Assembly: GCA_018818205.1 (NCBI GenBank)
Contig: JAHISJ010000023.1
Span: 173,428 to 237,427, forward strand
DNA length: 64,000 nucleotides
Direction: 5' to 3'
Source of the DNA: Patescibacteria group bacterium
Lineage (GTDB): Bacteria > Patescibacteriota > JABMPQ01 > JAHIRA01
Shown: piece by piece, positions 10,635 to 19,456 of the stretch
Layout: every line of letters starts with the position of its first letter
Position numbering within the stretch: position 1 is the first letter of the stretch
Translations under genes and position numbers: made by a program
Notes under the pieces: generated by a model
The model's database searches: none
The model's input: the letters and a program-made list of their open reading frames with translations, nothing else
Told to the model about the DNA's origin: nothing

Positions 10635-11828
10635 ATGGCAACATGTCCTCATTGCAATAGCGAACAGTCATCCGATACCGATTTTTGTACTAACTGTGGA
10701 ACGCGGCTTACAGGAGAAGGCGCGCAAAACAGCTCATCAAAAGATGAATCAAATGTAGAGTCAAAAGAGGAAGGTCAAGACGAGTCATTAAAAGAAGATG
10801 ACACTCATGAAAAAGAAGAAGCGCATAAAGATCCTGCTTCAGACAAAGAGAATGAAAAGGAAGAGATAGAATCAAAGAATGATTCAGAAAGCGGAGAGGA
10901 TAACAAAGAAGTGTCAGAGGGAAAAGAGGAAATCAGTTCAGAGTCGACAGAAAAGGAGAAAGACTCAAAAAAGGAAGAAAATACAGACGGCACAGATAAT
11001 ACCGAGGAAGATCCATTTGCATATTCTTTCGATGACGAAGACAAGCCAAAACGTTCAACCGATGGAATCTGGTTTGCAATTATTGCTATTATTGTCGTAG
11101 TAGTCATTATCGTTATTGGTACCCAAAAGAAACGTTCAGAGTTTGAAGAGGATACCGCAGAAGATGTTGTTCTCGAAGAGATGCAAGACACTGATGAAGA
11201 AGAAGTGGTAGATGACGCAAAACAAGATGAGGAAGAAAAAGTTGACGAGTCGGAAGAAAGTGAAGAAGCTGCAGAAGAGCAAAAGGAGCCAGAAGTAAAA
11301 GAAGAAGTTGTCGTTTCTGAACCTGGGTATTCTGTCTCAGCCTCAACCACACTTGTTGACACCTCAGCTTATAACTTTGACTACTCAGCAAAAAAAGTAA
11401 CAGACAAAGACTTTTCAACCGCATGGATAGAAGATGAGCGAGATGCGGGAATTGGCGAGTGGGTTCTCATTGATTTTGGAGCAGAGAAAGAAGTATCAAA
11501 TGTAGGTATTGTCCCAGGCTATGGACGTGATGAGCAAATCTATAATGAAAACAACAGAGTAAAAAAACTGACTCTAGAATTCTCAGACGGCACAAAGGTA
11601 ACAAAAGACCTTGAGGACAAGTATGGTATGCATATTCTAACGTTTGATCCTGCAAAAACCACTTCCCTAAAACTTACTATCGACGAGGTGTATAGTGGAA
11701 CAAAATACAATGACACTACCATTTCAGAAATAGATGTTGATAGTGACTATGTATTAAACAATGATCCTGAAGCGGCACTTAACTACTACAAAGAGAACAA
11801 GGCAAACTCAGCAAAAAAAGCAAACTAG
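10635..11828 (+). CDS. Surface/membrane protein: N-terminal zinc-ribbon, long acidic disordered region, single TM, C-terminal beta-sandwich (discoidin/galactose-binding-like) domain
   Basis: N-terminus CPHCNSEQSSDTDFCTNCG (CxxC...CxxC). Residues ~30-140 are E/D/K/S-rich low complexity. A TM helix WFAIIAIIVVVVIIVIG. The C-terminal ~150 aa are not low-complexity. Confidence 0.55.
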   Translation: MATCPHCNSEQSSDTDFCTNCGTRLTGEGAQNSSSKDESNVESKEEGQDESLKEDDTHEKEEAHKDPASDKENEKEEIESKNDSESGEDNKEVSEGKEEISSESTEKEKDSKKEENTDGTDNTEEDPFAYSFDDEDKPKRSTDGIWFAIIAIIVVVVIIVIGTQKKRSEFEEDTAEDVVLEEMQDTDEEEVVDDAKQDEEEKVDESEESEEAAEEQKEPEVKEEVVVSEPGYSVSASTTLVDTSAYNFDYSAKKVTDKDFSTAWIEDERDAGIGEWVLIDFGAEKEVSNVGIVPGYGRDEQIYNENNRVKKLTLEFSDGTKVTKDLEDKYGMHILTFDPAKTTSLKLTIDEVYSGTKYNDTTISEIDVDSDYVLNNDPEAALNYYKENKANSAKKAN

Positions 11829-11857
11829 TTTTTGTAGCTCCCTTAAAACAAAAGTAA

Positions 11858-13150
11858 ATGAAAAAAACAAAAAAACATCTTTTTGGCATTCTCTTAAGTA
11901 TTGCGTTTCTTATTCTTCCAGGGGTAACAGTACAAGCACAGTATAGTTCTGTTCGTACGTTTATTGATGCTGATACTATTGTTCGTGGATATACTGTAAA
12001 AGGCTATGGAGATACAGTCTTTGTGGGGATACGACCAAATGTTTTTAGGAATGAATCGACAGTAAAAATAGAACAAGTATCTAGTGACGATACGCCTGAG
12101 ATCCCGAGTGGACTGGAAAAGGCAAGCGATGTATATACCTACAACATTGCTATGTCCGTGCCACATGTTCTCGACAAGCCGATCATGGTTGCACTGAGTT
12201 ATGCCGGAAATGATTCATATGGTAAGTCGATATACTTTTTCGACCGGAATGATAATAAATGGAAACCTATTCCCACCACGTTTGATACAAACAAAAAACA
12301 CGCGCGTGCTTTGATTCACTTCCCCTATACCACAATTGCTGTACTAAAAGATACGCAGGCACAGAGTGGTGAGCCGTATAAAAAGGGAAGCCAAGCGCTT
12401 GGCATAGAAGCATATGCTGGAGCAGTTATTGATGCAAGCTCGGGCACGGTGCTTTACGAGAAGAATGGATCAGTTCCTATAACCATGGCAAGTCTTACAA
12501 AGCTGATGACTGCAAAGATTGCTTTGGAGAGTGGAATCAATTTAGACGGAGAGACATATATTTCTTCCGGACACATGGCTGAAGGTGCAAGAATGTCTAT
12601 TAATCCTGGAGATAAGGTGAGGAACAGAGATCTCTTTTTTGGAACATTGGTGCCATCAGGGAATAATGCTGCAAAAGCGCTTGCATCAGCTACCGGGTTG
12701 TCACATAGTGATTTTGTCGAAAGAATGAATAATAAAGCTGACTCTCTTGGACTTTCAACCATGCATTTTGATGGTGTGACTGGGCTTGAGCCGGGGAATA
12801 AGACGTCTGCCATTGACTACGCGCTCTTGAGCAGAGACGTGTTAAAAAACAAAACGATGCTCGAGGGGACAACAACAAAAAATTACTGTTTCTCCCCTGT
12901 GAACAGAAGCAATTTGCATTGTTTTAAGAATACCAATAAACTGTTAGATAGCGAGCTCTATGTTACCGGAGGAAAAACTGGCTATCTTCCTGGATACGCA
13001 GGAGGAGCCGGTGCTTCACTTATGGTAAAAGCAAAAAACAAAGATGGACATGAAGTTATCGCTGTAGTATTAGCTCATCCGTCCTATTCTCGTCAATTTG
13101 GTGATGTACACAAGATGATTAATTGGGCCTTTGTAAACTATAGTTTTTAA
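11858..13150 (+). CDS. Serine-type D-Ala-D-Ala carboxypeptidase (PBP5/DacA family, peptidase S11) with signal peptide
   Basis: Signal peptide MKKTKKHLFGILLSIAFLILPGVTVQA. SxxK motif ASLTKLM, SGN motif VPSGNNAAKALA, KTG motif GGKTGY. Confidence 0.85.
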   Translation: MKKTKKHLFGILLSIAFLILPGVTVQAQYSSVRTFIDADTIVRGYTVKGYGDTVFVGIRPNVFRNESTVKIEQVSSDDTPEIPSGLEKASDVYTYNIAMSVPHVLDKPIMVALSYAGNDSYGKSIYFFDRNDNKWKPIPTTFDTNKKHARALIHFPYTTIAVLKDTQAQSGEPYKKGSQALGIEAYAGAVIDASSGTVLYEKNGSVPITMASLTKLMTAKIALESGINLDGETYISSGHMAEGARMSINPGDKVRNRDLFFGTLVPSGNNAAKALASATGLSHSDFVERMNNKADSLGLSTMHFDGVTGLEPGNKTSAIDYALLSRDVLKNKTMLEGTTTKNYCFSPVNRSNLHCFKNTNKLLDSELYVTGGKTGYLPGYAGGAGASLMVKAKNKDGHEVIAVVLAHPSYSRQFGDVHKMINWAFVNYSF

Positions 13151-13153
13151 GTA

Positions 13154-13540
13154 ATGGTCTACACTCTCATTTTTGACTACTACCGGTATTGGTATACAAC
13201 CGGATTTGTTCGTCTTTTAAAATACATGAAGGCGTATATTTTGATTTTGGCTGATGCTTTTTCTGTCAAAATATCATTCTTTACGCTTCTTTCCCCGTGG
13301 AAGAGAGATGTTAGTTCACTTAAAGGATTACCGCTTGATGAAAAGGTAAAGGTTATTATTTTTAATGTTATATCGAGAATATTTGGTGCAGTTTTAAAAC
13401 TTATTATTCTCAGTTTATTTTTAGTATTTCTTGTGTTACTTCTTGCAGCAGAATTGGTCATTATTGTTGTTTGGCTTTTTCTCCCGGTTGTCATTATCGA
13501 GCTTATAGTGATCGGCATTTTATTTATTCTTGGAAGATAA
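13154..13540 (+). CDS. Small hydrophobic membrane protein
   Basis: 128 aa. The C-terminal half is almost entirely hydrophobic (LIILSLFLVFLVLLLAAELVIIVVWLFLPVVII). It overlaps the downstream Clp gene. Confidence 0.35.
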   Translation: MVYTLIFDYYRYWYTTGFVRLLKYMKAYILILADAFSVKISFFTLLSPWKRDVSSLKGLPLDEKVKVIIFNVISRIFGAVLKLIILSLFLVFLVLLLAAELVIIVVWLFLPVVIIELIVIGILFILGR

Positions 13541-16136
13541 GCATTATATGAAAGAGCAGATCTATTTTAATCACAAAAAGGCTCAATTTTGGCCTCATGC
13601 CAGGCTGGTAAGGCTCGTTAGAACCCGCGTTTTTAGCATTCCACTCGTTGTATTTGTATACGGCTACGGAACACTTTCTATACTCTACTTCTTGATCTAT
13701 TTTATCAGGCTTATTCCTGACATTCCTATACTCTCAGACATTCCTTTCTCAAATACCATGACAGGATATGCAAGTATTGGAATAGCACTTTCATTCTTGC
13801 TTGCATCGCTGCACATATACTACAAAGCATATGTAGAGCAGCCTGCTCCCAAATTTACCGCCGAGCAGGTAACAGAAATAATACAAAAGGGAGGAAGAGT
13901 CAATCTCGCTGATTTTGCTTCAGTTCCAGTGCTCCTTACAATAGACTTAGCGTTTAAAAGGAGTCATGCAACGCAAAAAGGTTTTATTGAGGCACGTGAA
14001 ATATATGTTGCCATGACTAAGGAAGATCGGGGAAGATTCATTATTAATAGGCTTGGCTTTTTTAGAGATGATTTTATCAAGGAGATGGATGCCTATTACA
14101 AGAGCCAAGGTAAAAACTATGTTTCGGAAATTGATGTCACTTATTTATTTGCAAAAGCATTGGAAGTAGCAGCTATAGAAAAGCATCCCAAAATTTTAGT
14201 AAGTGATATTTTAGCCGCTTTGTCTGAGATAGAGCCGTTTATGCAAGAGCTTCTCTTTTCCAGAAATATTAAAGTTGAGGATGTGCTCAATATTGTCTAT
14301 TGGCAAACCACCAATGAAATCTATGATCAAGAAAAGAAATTTGATCCGGATAATCCCAAACTGACCGGTGGTATAGGCAAGGATTGGTCAATGGGATACG
14401 CACTGGCATTAAACCAGTTTGCCTATGATATGACCGAGATTGTTGCTAGGCAGCAAACACCCATTCATTTGATTGGAAGGTCGCGCGAGACGCAAGAAAT
14501 GGAGAAGATTCTTGTGCGGGCATCTAAGCATAACGTTCTTTTGGTTGGACCATCAGGGGTGGGGAAGTCATCTATCGCGCTCAATTTTGCGCGTAGAGTA
14601 CTCTATGGACAAACATATCCTGCCCTCGCAAACAGAAAGATCATGCAGCTTAACATTGATTACATTCTTGCTGGCGCAGAAACTCCTGGAGCAATTATTG
14701 AACGGCTCAGCGCAGTGCTTAACGATGCGGTGCGGGCTGGAAATATTGTCCTCTACATGAACAACATCCAATCACTTTTTGCAGGTGGTGGCTCTAAAGT
14801 TGGTGCGGTTGATGCCTCTGATGTTCTTATCCCGTATCTTGAAAACCCGGAACTTTATTTTGTTGCGACAACAACAACCAGTGCCTACCATCAATATATT
14901 GAATCAAAAACAGGAGTTGCCGATAAATTTGAGCGGATTGATGTAGAAGAACCAGATTACTCGGCTACGATTAGAATTCTGGAGGATATTCTTCATTGGC
15001 TAGAACCTGCTTACAAGGTGACAGTGACCTATAATGCACTTCAAAAAATCGTAGAACTTTCTGATAGGTTTATTTACAACAAATATTTTCCTGAAAAGGC
15101 AATCGATTTGCTGAATGAACTTGTTGTTTTTGTAAAATCACAAGGACGGGATATTATCTTCCCTGAGGATGTAGAGCAGACGATTCAGATGAAGACAAAA
15201 GTACCTATTGGTGAGGGAGAAACAGTAGAAAAAGAACGATTACTCAATTTGGAAGATTATTTGCATAAACGAGTTATTGGGCAAAATACAGCAATTAATG
15301 CAGTCGCAAACGCACTAAGACGTGCAAGGGCGGGAATCAGAAGTGGGCACAAGCCAATCGGTAGCTTTCTCTTTTTAGGACCAACCGGTGTTGGTAAGAC
15401 GGAAACATCTAAAGCTCTTGCCGATTCATACTTTGGGTCAGAAGACAAAATGATTCGGTTTGATATGAGTGAGTACCAGGACATCTCTGGACTTCACAGG
15501 CTACTTGGTGCGCCTCCAGGCACTCCACAGGCTGAATCGGGGGGTCAACTCACCAATGCGGTTAGAGACAATCCTTTTTCGCTTATTCTGTTTGATGAGA
15601 TAGAAAAGGCCGAACCAAATATCTTAAACATTTTTCTTCAACTCCTTGATGAAGGGTGGGTTACCGATTCGCTGGGAAGAAAAGTCAAGTTTAATAATTC
15701 CATTATTATTGCGACATCAAATGCGGGTGCGGAATATTTACGACAGCTTATACAAGAGGGGACACCCGAAGATGAGATTAGAGATAAACTACTAAACTAT
15801 CTTCAAGAGCAACATCTTTTTAGGCCAGAATTTTTAAATCGTTTTACCGCTGTTGTTAACTTTAATCCGCTCACAACCGACCAAATAGTTACCATTACTC
15901 ACATGATGGTAGAAAAGCTTATCTCGAGGCTCGATGAAGAAAAAGGAATATTCCTTACTGTCACAGAACCTGCCGTTCAGAAACTTGCAGAACTGGGATA
16001 TGATCCTCAACTTGGTGCTCGTCCAATTCAGAGAGTCTTGCAAGAAAAAGTAGAGAACTTCCTTGCTAAGAAAATGCTTTCAGAAGAGATTAAACGGGGG
16101 AGTTCACTGACGTTTGATGTAGATGATATTGAGTAA
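13530..16136 (+). CDS. Membrane-anchored Clp/Hsp100-type AAA+ ATPase (ClpC/ClpA-like, two ATPase domains)
   Basis: N-terminal TM helices. D1 Walker A LVGPSGVGKSSIA. D2 Walker A FLFLGPTGVGKTETSKALA, Walker B LILFDEIEKA, sensor IIIATSNAG, and the C-terminal D2-small domain. Confidence 0.85.
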   Translation: MEDKHYMKEQIYFNHKKAQFWPHARLVRLVRTRVFSIPLVVFVYGYGTLSILYFLIYFIRLIPDIPILSDIPFSNTMTGYASIGIALSFLLASLHIYYKAYVEQPAPKFTAEQVTEIIQKGGRVNLADFASVPVLLTIDLAFKRSHATQKGFIEAREIYVAMTKEDRGRFIINRLGFFRDDFIKEMDAYYKSQGKNYVSEIDVTYLFAKALEVAAIEKHPKILVSDILAALSEIEPFMQELLFSRNIKVEDVLNIVYWQTTNEIYDQEKKFDPDNPKLTGGIGKDWSMGYALALNQFAYDMTEIVARQQTPIHLIGRSRETQEMEKILVRASKHNVLLVGPSGVGKSSIALNFARRVLYGQTYPALANRKIMQLNIDYILAGAETPGAIIERLSAVLNDAVRAGNIVLYMNNIQSLFAGGGSKVGAVDASDVLIPYLENPELYFVATTTTSAYHQYIESKTGVADKFERIDVEEPDYSATIRILEDILHWLEPAYKVTVTYNALQKIVELSDRFIYNKYFPEKAIDLLNELVVFVKSQGRDIIFPEDVEQTIQMKTKVPIGEGETVEKERLLNLEDYLHKRVIGQNTAINAVANALRRARAGIRSGHKPIGSFLFLGPTGVGKTETSKALADSYFGSEDKMIRFDMSEYQDISGLHRLLGAPPGTPQAESGGQLTNAVRDNPFSLILFDEIEKAEPNILNIFLQLLDEGWVTDSLGRKVKFNNSIIIATSNAGAEYLRQLIQEGTPEDEIRDKLLNYLQEQHLFRPEFLNRFTAVVNFNPLTTDQIVTITHMMVEKLISRLDEEKGIFLTVTEPAVQKLAELGYDPQLGARPIQRVLQEKVENFLAKKMLSEEIKRGSSLTFDVDDIE

Positions 16137-16182
16137 TAAAGGTTATTTTAATAAATTTCTTATTTTCGTCACAATTTAATAT

Positions 16183-18162
16183 ATGAACGAAGGTTCTCAC
16201 TTCCTCGATCAAAAATATCGTGGATTACGTACCTCACAGCCCGTTGAGCATGAAAAAGCCAGAAAAAAAAGAAGCGGCGAAAAGGTTTCAGAAAAACCGG
16301 TAGAAAAGATTGCCGACTTTCTCTCCGTCCTTGAGCGTACCCACCTGGGACACAATGATAACCCCCTGGTCTTTGATCGCATCAAGAACTACTATCACAA
16401 AGAGCACGTCATTAAACCGGAGGACATCCCTCAGCACTACTGGAACCAGCAAGCCGGAATCATGATCAGAGAAGGTCGTGGGGCAGACATGGCGCAAGCG
16501 GGAGTAGAAAAAGAAACGTTTGTCGACAAAGATGGCAAGGAACACACTAATTATCATTTTCCCGAAGACTTAAGAGAACAAAAAATTGAAATCCTGCGAA
16601 ACAACCAAGAAAGAAGTCTTGATTTGTGGGTAAACTACTTAACCTCCGATGACGCGCTCTACCCGATGTGGGCTAAATACTGGGCTTTCCAATCCGTTTT
16701 GGGTATGGGCAAATTTGAAAAAATTCAGATTGAAGGAGAAGAAGATGAACAAAGGCTGGGGAAAGCCAGATTCCAAAAAAGAACCAAAGACACTGTCTCT
16801 TCCTTTCCCTATCTAAACCCGAGAGCTCTCGCCCAAACTATTGGGATCATGTCAGAAAGAATTGCGGAAAAACAAAAGCCCAAAAAAGAACGACAGCCTA
16901 TAAAAAATGTCAGTGCGCAGCTTGCAGACCCCGAGTTTCAAAAGCTTCTATCAACTGAGAGCTTCTCAAAACTTTACGCGCAGTTTCTTTTTGAGATGCC
17001 GGAATATTCTACGGAGGGACTCGAAGAAACGAGAGGAGAATGGAAAAAATATCCTCAAGGCTCTGATCCTAAAAAGCTTGTTGAATCTCTTGAAAGCTAT
17101 CCACTCGAATGGTGTACGGTGAATCTCGGTACCGCCGAAGAGCAGCTTAAGGGTGGTGATTTTTATGTCTACTACTCATATGATGAAGGCGGTAATTCAA
17201 AAATTCCGAGGATTGCTATTAGAATGCTTGGACAAAAGATAGCTGAACCTCCCAGAGGCATTGCTCCTGACCAAAGCATTGATCCCTATATTGGTCCCGT
17301 GCTAGAAAAGAAGATGGGAGCATTTGGACAAGAAGGAGAACTGTATAAGAAGAGAGCTGGAGACATGGAAATACTCACCCAGATAGAAGAGAAGACCAAA
17401 GCGGGTATTTTCAACCAGCAAGAAGACCAAAATTTTATAAACCATCTCAAGGTTCTCTACGAGATTGACCGGTCTATGCAAGGCTTTGGTTTTCGAAAAG
17501 ACCCAAGGATCAGGGAACTAAGAGAGCAAAGAAATCCCGAAGAAGATATGCTAATCATTTTTAACTGTACCCCAGAGGAAATTGCGAGAGCTTTCGAGCA
17601 AATCACCCCCGATACAAAAGCCTACATCGGGCCACTGACTAAAAATATCTTCCACAAACTGCCACAAGATCTCGAACATATCTACATTGAGTTTCCTGAA
17701 CAAAAAATTCGTAAAACAGAGATTGAAATTGGCGAAAAATCCAAGGAAGAGCTCATAAAGGAACTGCTGGAAGCGGACATTAAGACTCCGAAAGAAGCGC
17801 TAGATATGATTAAATGCTCAGACTTTAAAACCCTCAAAATCCGAAAAAACGTAACTCTGGTCAGATTGAGTGTCAAAAATTTGGGATTTGAAAAGAATAC
17901 TGCCATCGATGATATTTATCAAAGAGCACAAGAACTGGGCCTTACGCTAAGCCCAGCTGAAGTTGGACCGCATTATCGGCTTGAATACCGTGATCAGCCG
18001 ATAGGTGAGTGGGTAACTGTTGGCATGAAACAAATAGGTGGCTTGAGTGTTTTTAGTGTGGGGCGTTCCAGTGGCAGGGAGTGTTTGTATAACCAAGTTA
18101 CCAATAGTACGTGGCATCCGATTCGTGAGTTTGTGTTTTGCCTTTGCAAGAATGAATCTTAG
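16183..18162 (+). CDS. Large hypothetical protein (659 aa), compositionally distinct
   Basis: A long uninterrupted ORF with noticeably higher GC and C-ending codons (ccc, ccg, ggc, acc) than its neighbours. No recognisable catalytic motif. Confidence 0.5.
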   Translation: MNEGSHFLDQKYRGLRTSQPVEHEKARKKRSGEKVSEKPVEKIADFLSVLERTHLGHNDNPLVFDRIKNYYHKEHVIKPEDIPQHYWNQQAGIMIREGRGADMAQAGVEKETFVDKDGKEHTNYHFPEDLREQKIEILRNNQERSLDLWVNYLTSDDALYPMWAKYWAFQSVLGMGKFEKIQIEGEEDEQRLGKARFQKRTKDTVSSFPYLNPRALAQTIGIMSERIAEKQKPKKERQPIKNVSAQLADPEFQKLLSTESFSKLYAQFLFEMPEYSTEGLEETRGEWKKYPQGSDPKKLVESLESYPLEWCTVNLGTAEEQLKGGDFYVYYSYDEGGNSKIPRIAIRMLGQKIAEPPRGIAPDQSIDPYIGPVLEKKMGAFGQEGELYKKRAGDMEILTQIEEKTKAGIFNQQEDQNFINHLKVLYEIDRSMQGFGFRKDPRIRELREQRNPEEDMLIIFNCTPEEIARAFEQITPDTKAYIGPLTKNIFHKLPQDLEHIYIEFPEQKIRKTEIEIGEKSKEELIKELLEADIKTPKEALDMIKCSDFKTLKIRKNVTLVRLSVKNLGFEKNTAIDDIYQRAQELGLTLSPAEVGPHYRLEYRDQPIGEWVTVGMKQIGGLSVFSVGRSSGRECLYNQVTNSTWHPIREFVFCLCKNES

Positions 18163-18175
18163 GCCCACATTGCCT

Positions 18176-18895
18176 TTAAATGTTCTTGCGAAGTTCTATT
18201 ACCTTCTTAAACGCTTCAAACGCTATTTGTTTTGAAAATTTTGATTTCCCCGATCTTCTTTCAATAAACGTAATAGGAATCTCCGCAATGCGGAGATTTT
18301 TTTGGTGAAAAAGATGCACGAGTTCGATTTGAAACCCGTAGCCTTCTGTTTGTATGGATGCTAAGTCGATTGTCCTAAGCTTTGATGCTCTAATACATCT
18401 AAATCCTGTCGTAAGATCAGTGAAGGGAATATCTAGAACCTTCCTGGCATAATAAATTCCAGCACGCGAAATACATTGTCTTACCGTATTCCAGTTTTTT
18501 ACTGATGCATGAGGAATATATCTAGAGCCTAAAACAAGGTCGTTCTCTTGCATAGCTCTTAGAAATCTAGGAATAGATCTGGGATTGTGTGAAAGGTCAG
18601 CGTCTATCTCAAATATAAAGGCAGCATTTTCTTGAAGTGCCTTAGAAAATCCAAATCGATATGCTGACCCAAGCCCTTTTTTGCTTTTCCGATTATATGT
18701 ATAAATCGATGCATATTTTTTTTGAAGTGCACGTGCAATTTCACCGGTGCCATCAGGTGAATTATCATCAATAATAAGGATTTTTTCATTGATCCTTGCT
18801 TTTTTGCATACAGAAAGGATCTCTTCTATAAGGAGCGGAAGAGATTCTTTTTCATTGTATGTGGGGATGATGATGTAGACTAGTTCGTTTGGCAC
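18176..18895 (-). CDS. Family-2 glycosyltransferase, dolichol/polyprenol-phosphate mannosyltransferase (DPM1)-like
   Basis: IIIPTYNEKESLPLL ... IIDDNSPDGTGEIA ... EIDADLSHNP ... and a C-terminus IAEIPITFIERRSGKSKFS, matching Dpm1/GtrB-type GT2 enzymes. Confidence 0.85.
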   Translation of the reverse strand: MPNELVYIIIPTYNEKESLPLLIEEILSVCKKARINEKILIIDDNSPDGTGEIARALQKKYASIYTYNRKSKKGLGSAYRFGFSKALQENAAFIFEIDADLSHNPRSIPRFLRAMQENDLVLGSRYIPHASVKNWNTVRQCISRAGIYYARKVLDIPFTDLTTGFRCIRASKLRTIDLASIQTEGYGFQIELVHLFHQKNLRIAEIPITFIERRSGKSKFSKQIAFEAFKKVIELRKNI

Positions 18896-19066
18896 TGCAC
18901 AATATTTAAGGTATGAATAAGAAATTATATCAAATAGAGAGTAAATAAGTACAGAGATTATTAACTACTGAATTTCTTCCCTTGAATAAAGGCTTAAATC
19001 TTGCTATCCTGAGCTGGTAGATAAGGAATCCCTACAGACTGGAAGGATATCGGGAAGTAGAAAAAA

Positions 19067-19290
19067 GGGGCCCCCGAATAATTCCGATTGTTTGGGAAGG
19101 TGGAACACTATGGAAGTCGGAGCGAATCCCGAAGGTTTTACGTAGGGGTTCAGCTAGACTGGAATAGTAAGAATTGGGGCCCCCGAAAAGTTCCTACTTT
19201 TTGGGGAAGAGGAGGAACAATATGTAAGCTGGAGTGGGTTCCGAAGGCTTTGCGAAGGGACACACGTAAGCTGGAATATTGTTCCGACGT
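19067..19290 (+). repeat. Two tandem, degenerate ~110-bp direct repeats (plus an upstream partial copy from ~18990) abutting tRNA-Ser
   Basis: Copy A 19067-19176 and copy B 19177-19290 both begin GGGGCCCCCGAA and are ~70% identical. Both contain a tRNA T-arm-like block (GGAGCGAATCCCGAAGG / GGAGTGGGTTCCGAAGG) and end in GCTGGAATA. Confidence 0.6.
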
Positions 19291-19379
19291 GGAGAGATGG
19301 CAGAGTGGACTAATGCGCTGCTCTCGAAAAGCAGTTCTCGCTTTGTTGCGAGACGTGGGTTCGAATCCCACTCTCTCCG
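19291..19379 (+). tRNA. tRNA-Ser (anticodon CGA)
   Basis: Acceptor ggagaga / tctctcc, D-arm with GG, anticodon stem ctgct / agcag with loop ctCGAaa, a long variable arm ttctcgctttgttgcgagac, T-arm gtggg-ttcgaat-cccac, discriminator G. CCA is not encoded. Confidence 0.85.
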
Positions 19380-19456
19380 GATTTTTGTATGAGTTTTTTG
19401 GAAAACTTTATATGTGAGGTGGGCATGGTTCCCATATTCTAATAAAATGAACGATT

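Noticed and set aside
10805-11722. Several minus-strand ORFs (185, 103, 62, 60 aa) and a plus-strand 73-aa ORF across the acidic region of gene 10635-11828
   Set aside because: Ser/Leu/Gln-rich translations of the reverse and shifted frames of a GAA/GAT-rich low-complexity region. Artefacts of composition.
18278-18306. Hairpin aatctccgcaatgcggagattttttt that looks like a terminator
   Set aside because: It lies inside the minus-strand GT2 coding sequence and encodes the conserved ...LRIAEIPI... segment. It is probably a coincidental secondary structure rather than a terminator.
19088-19417. 109-aa plus-strand ORF and 73-aa minus-strand ORF over the tandem repeat and tRNA-Ser
   Set aside because: They overlap a tRNA gene and a decayed repeat. 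The reading frames are not preserved between repeat copies.
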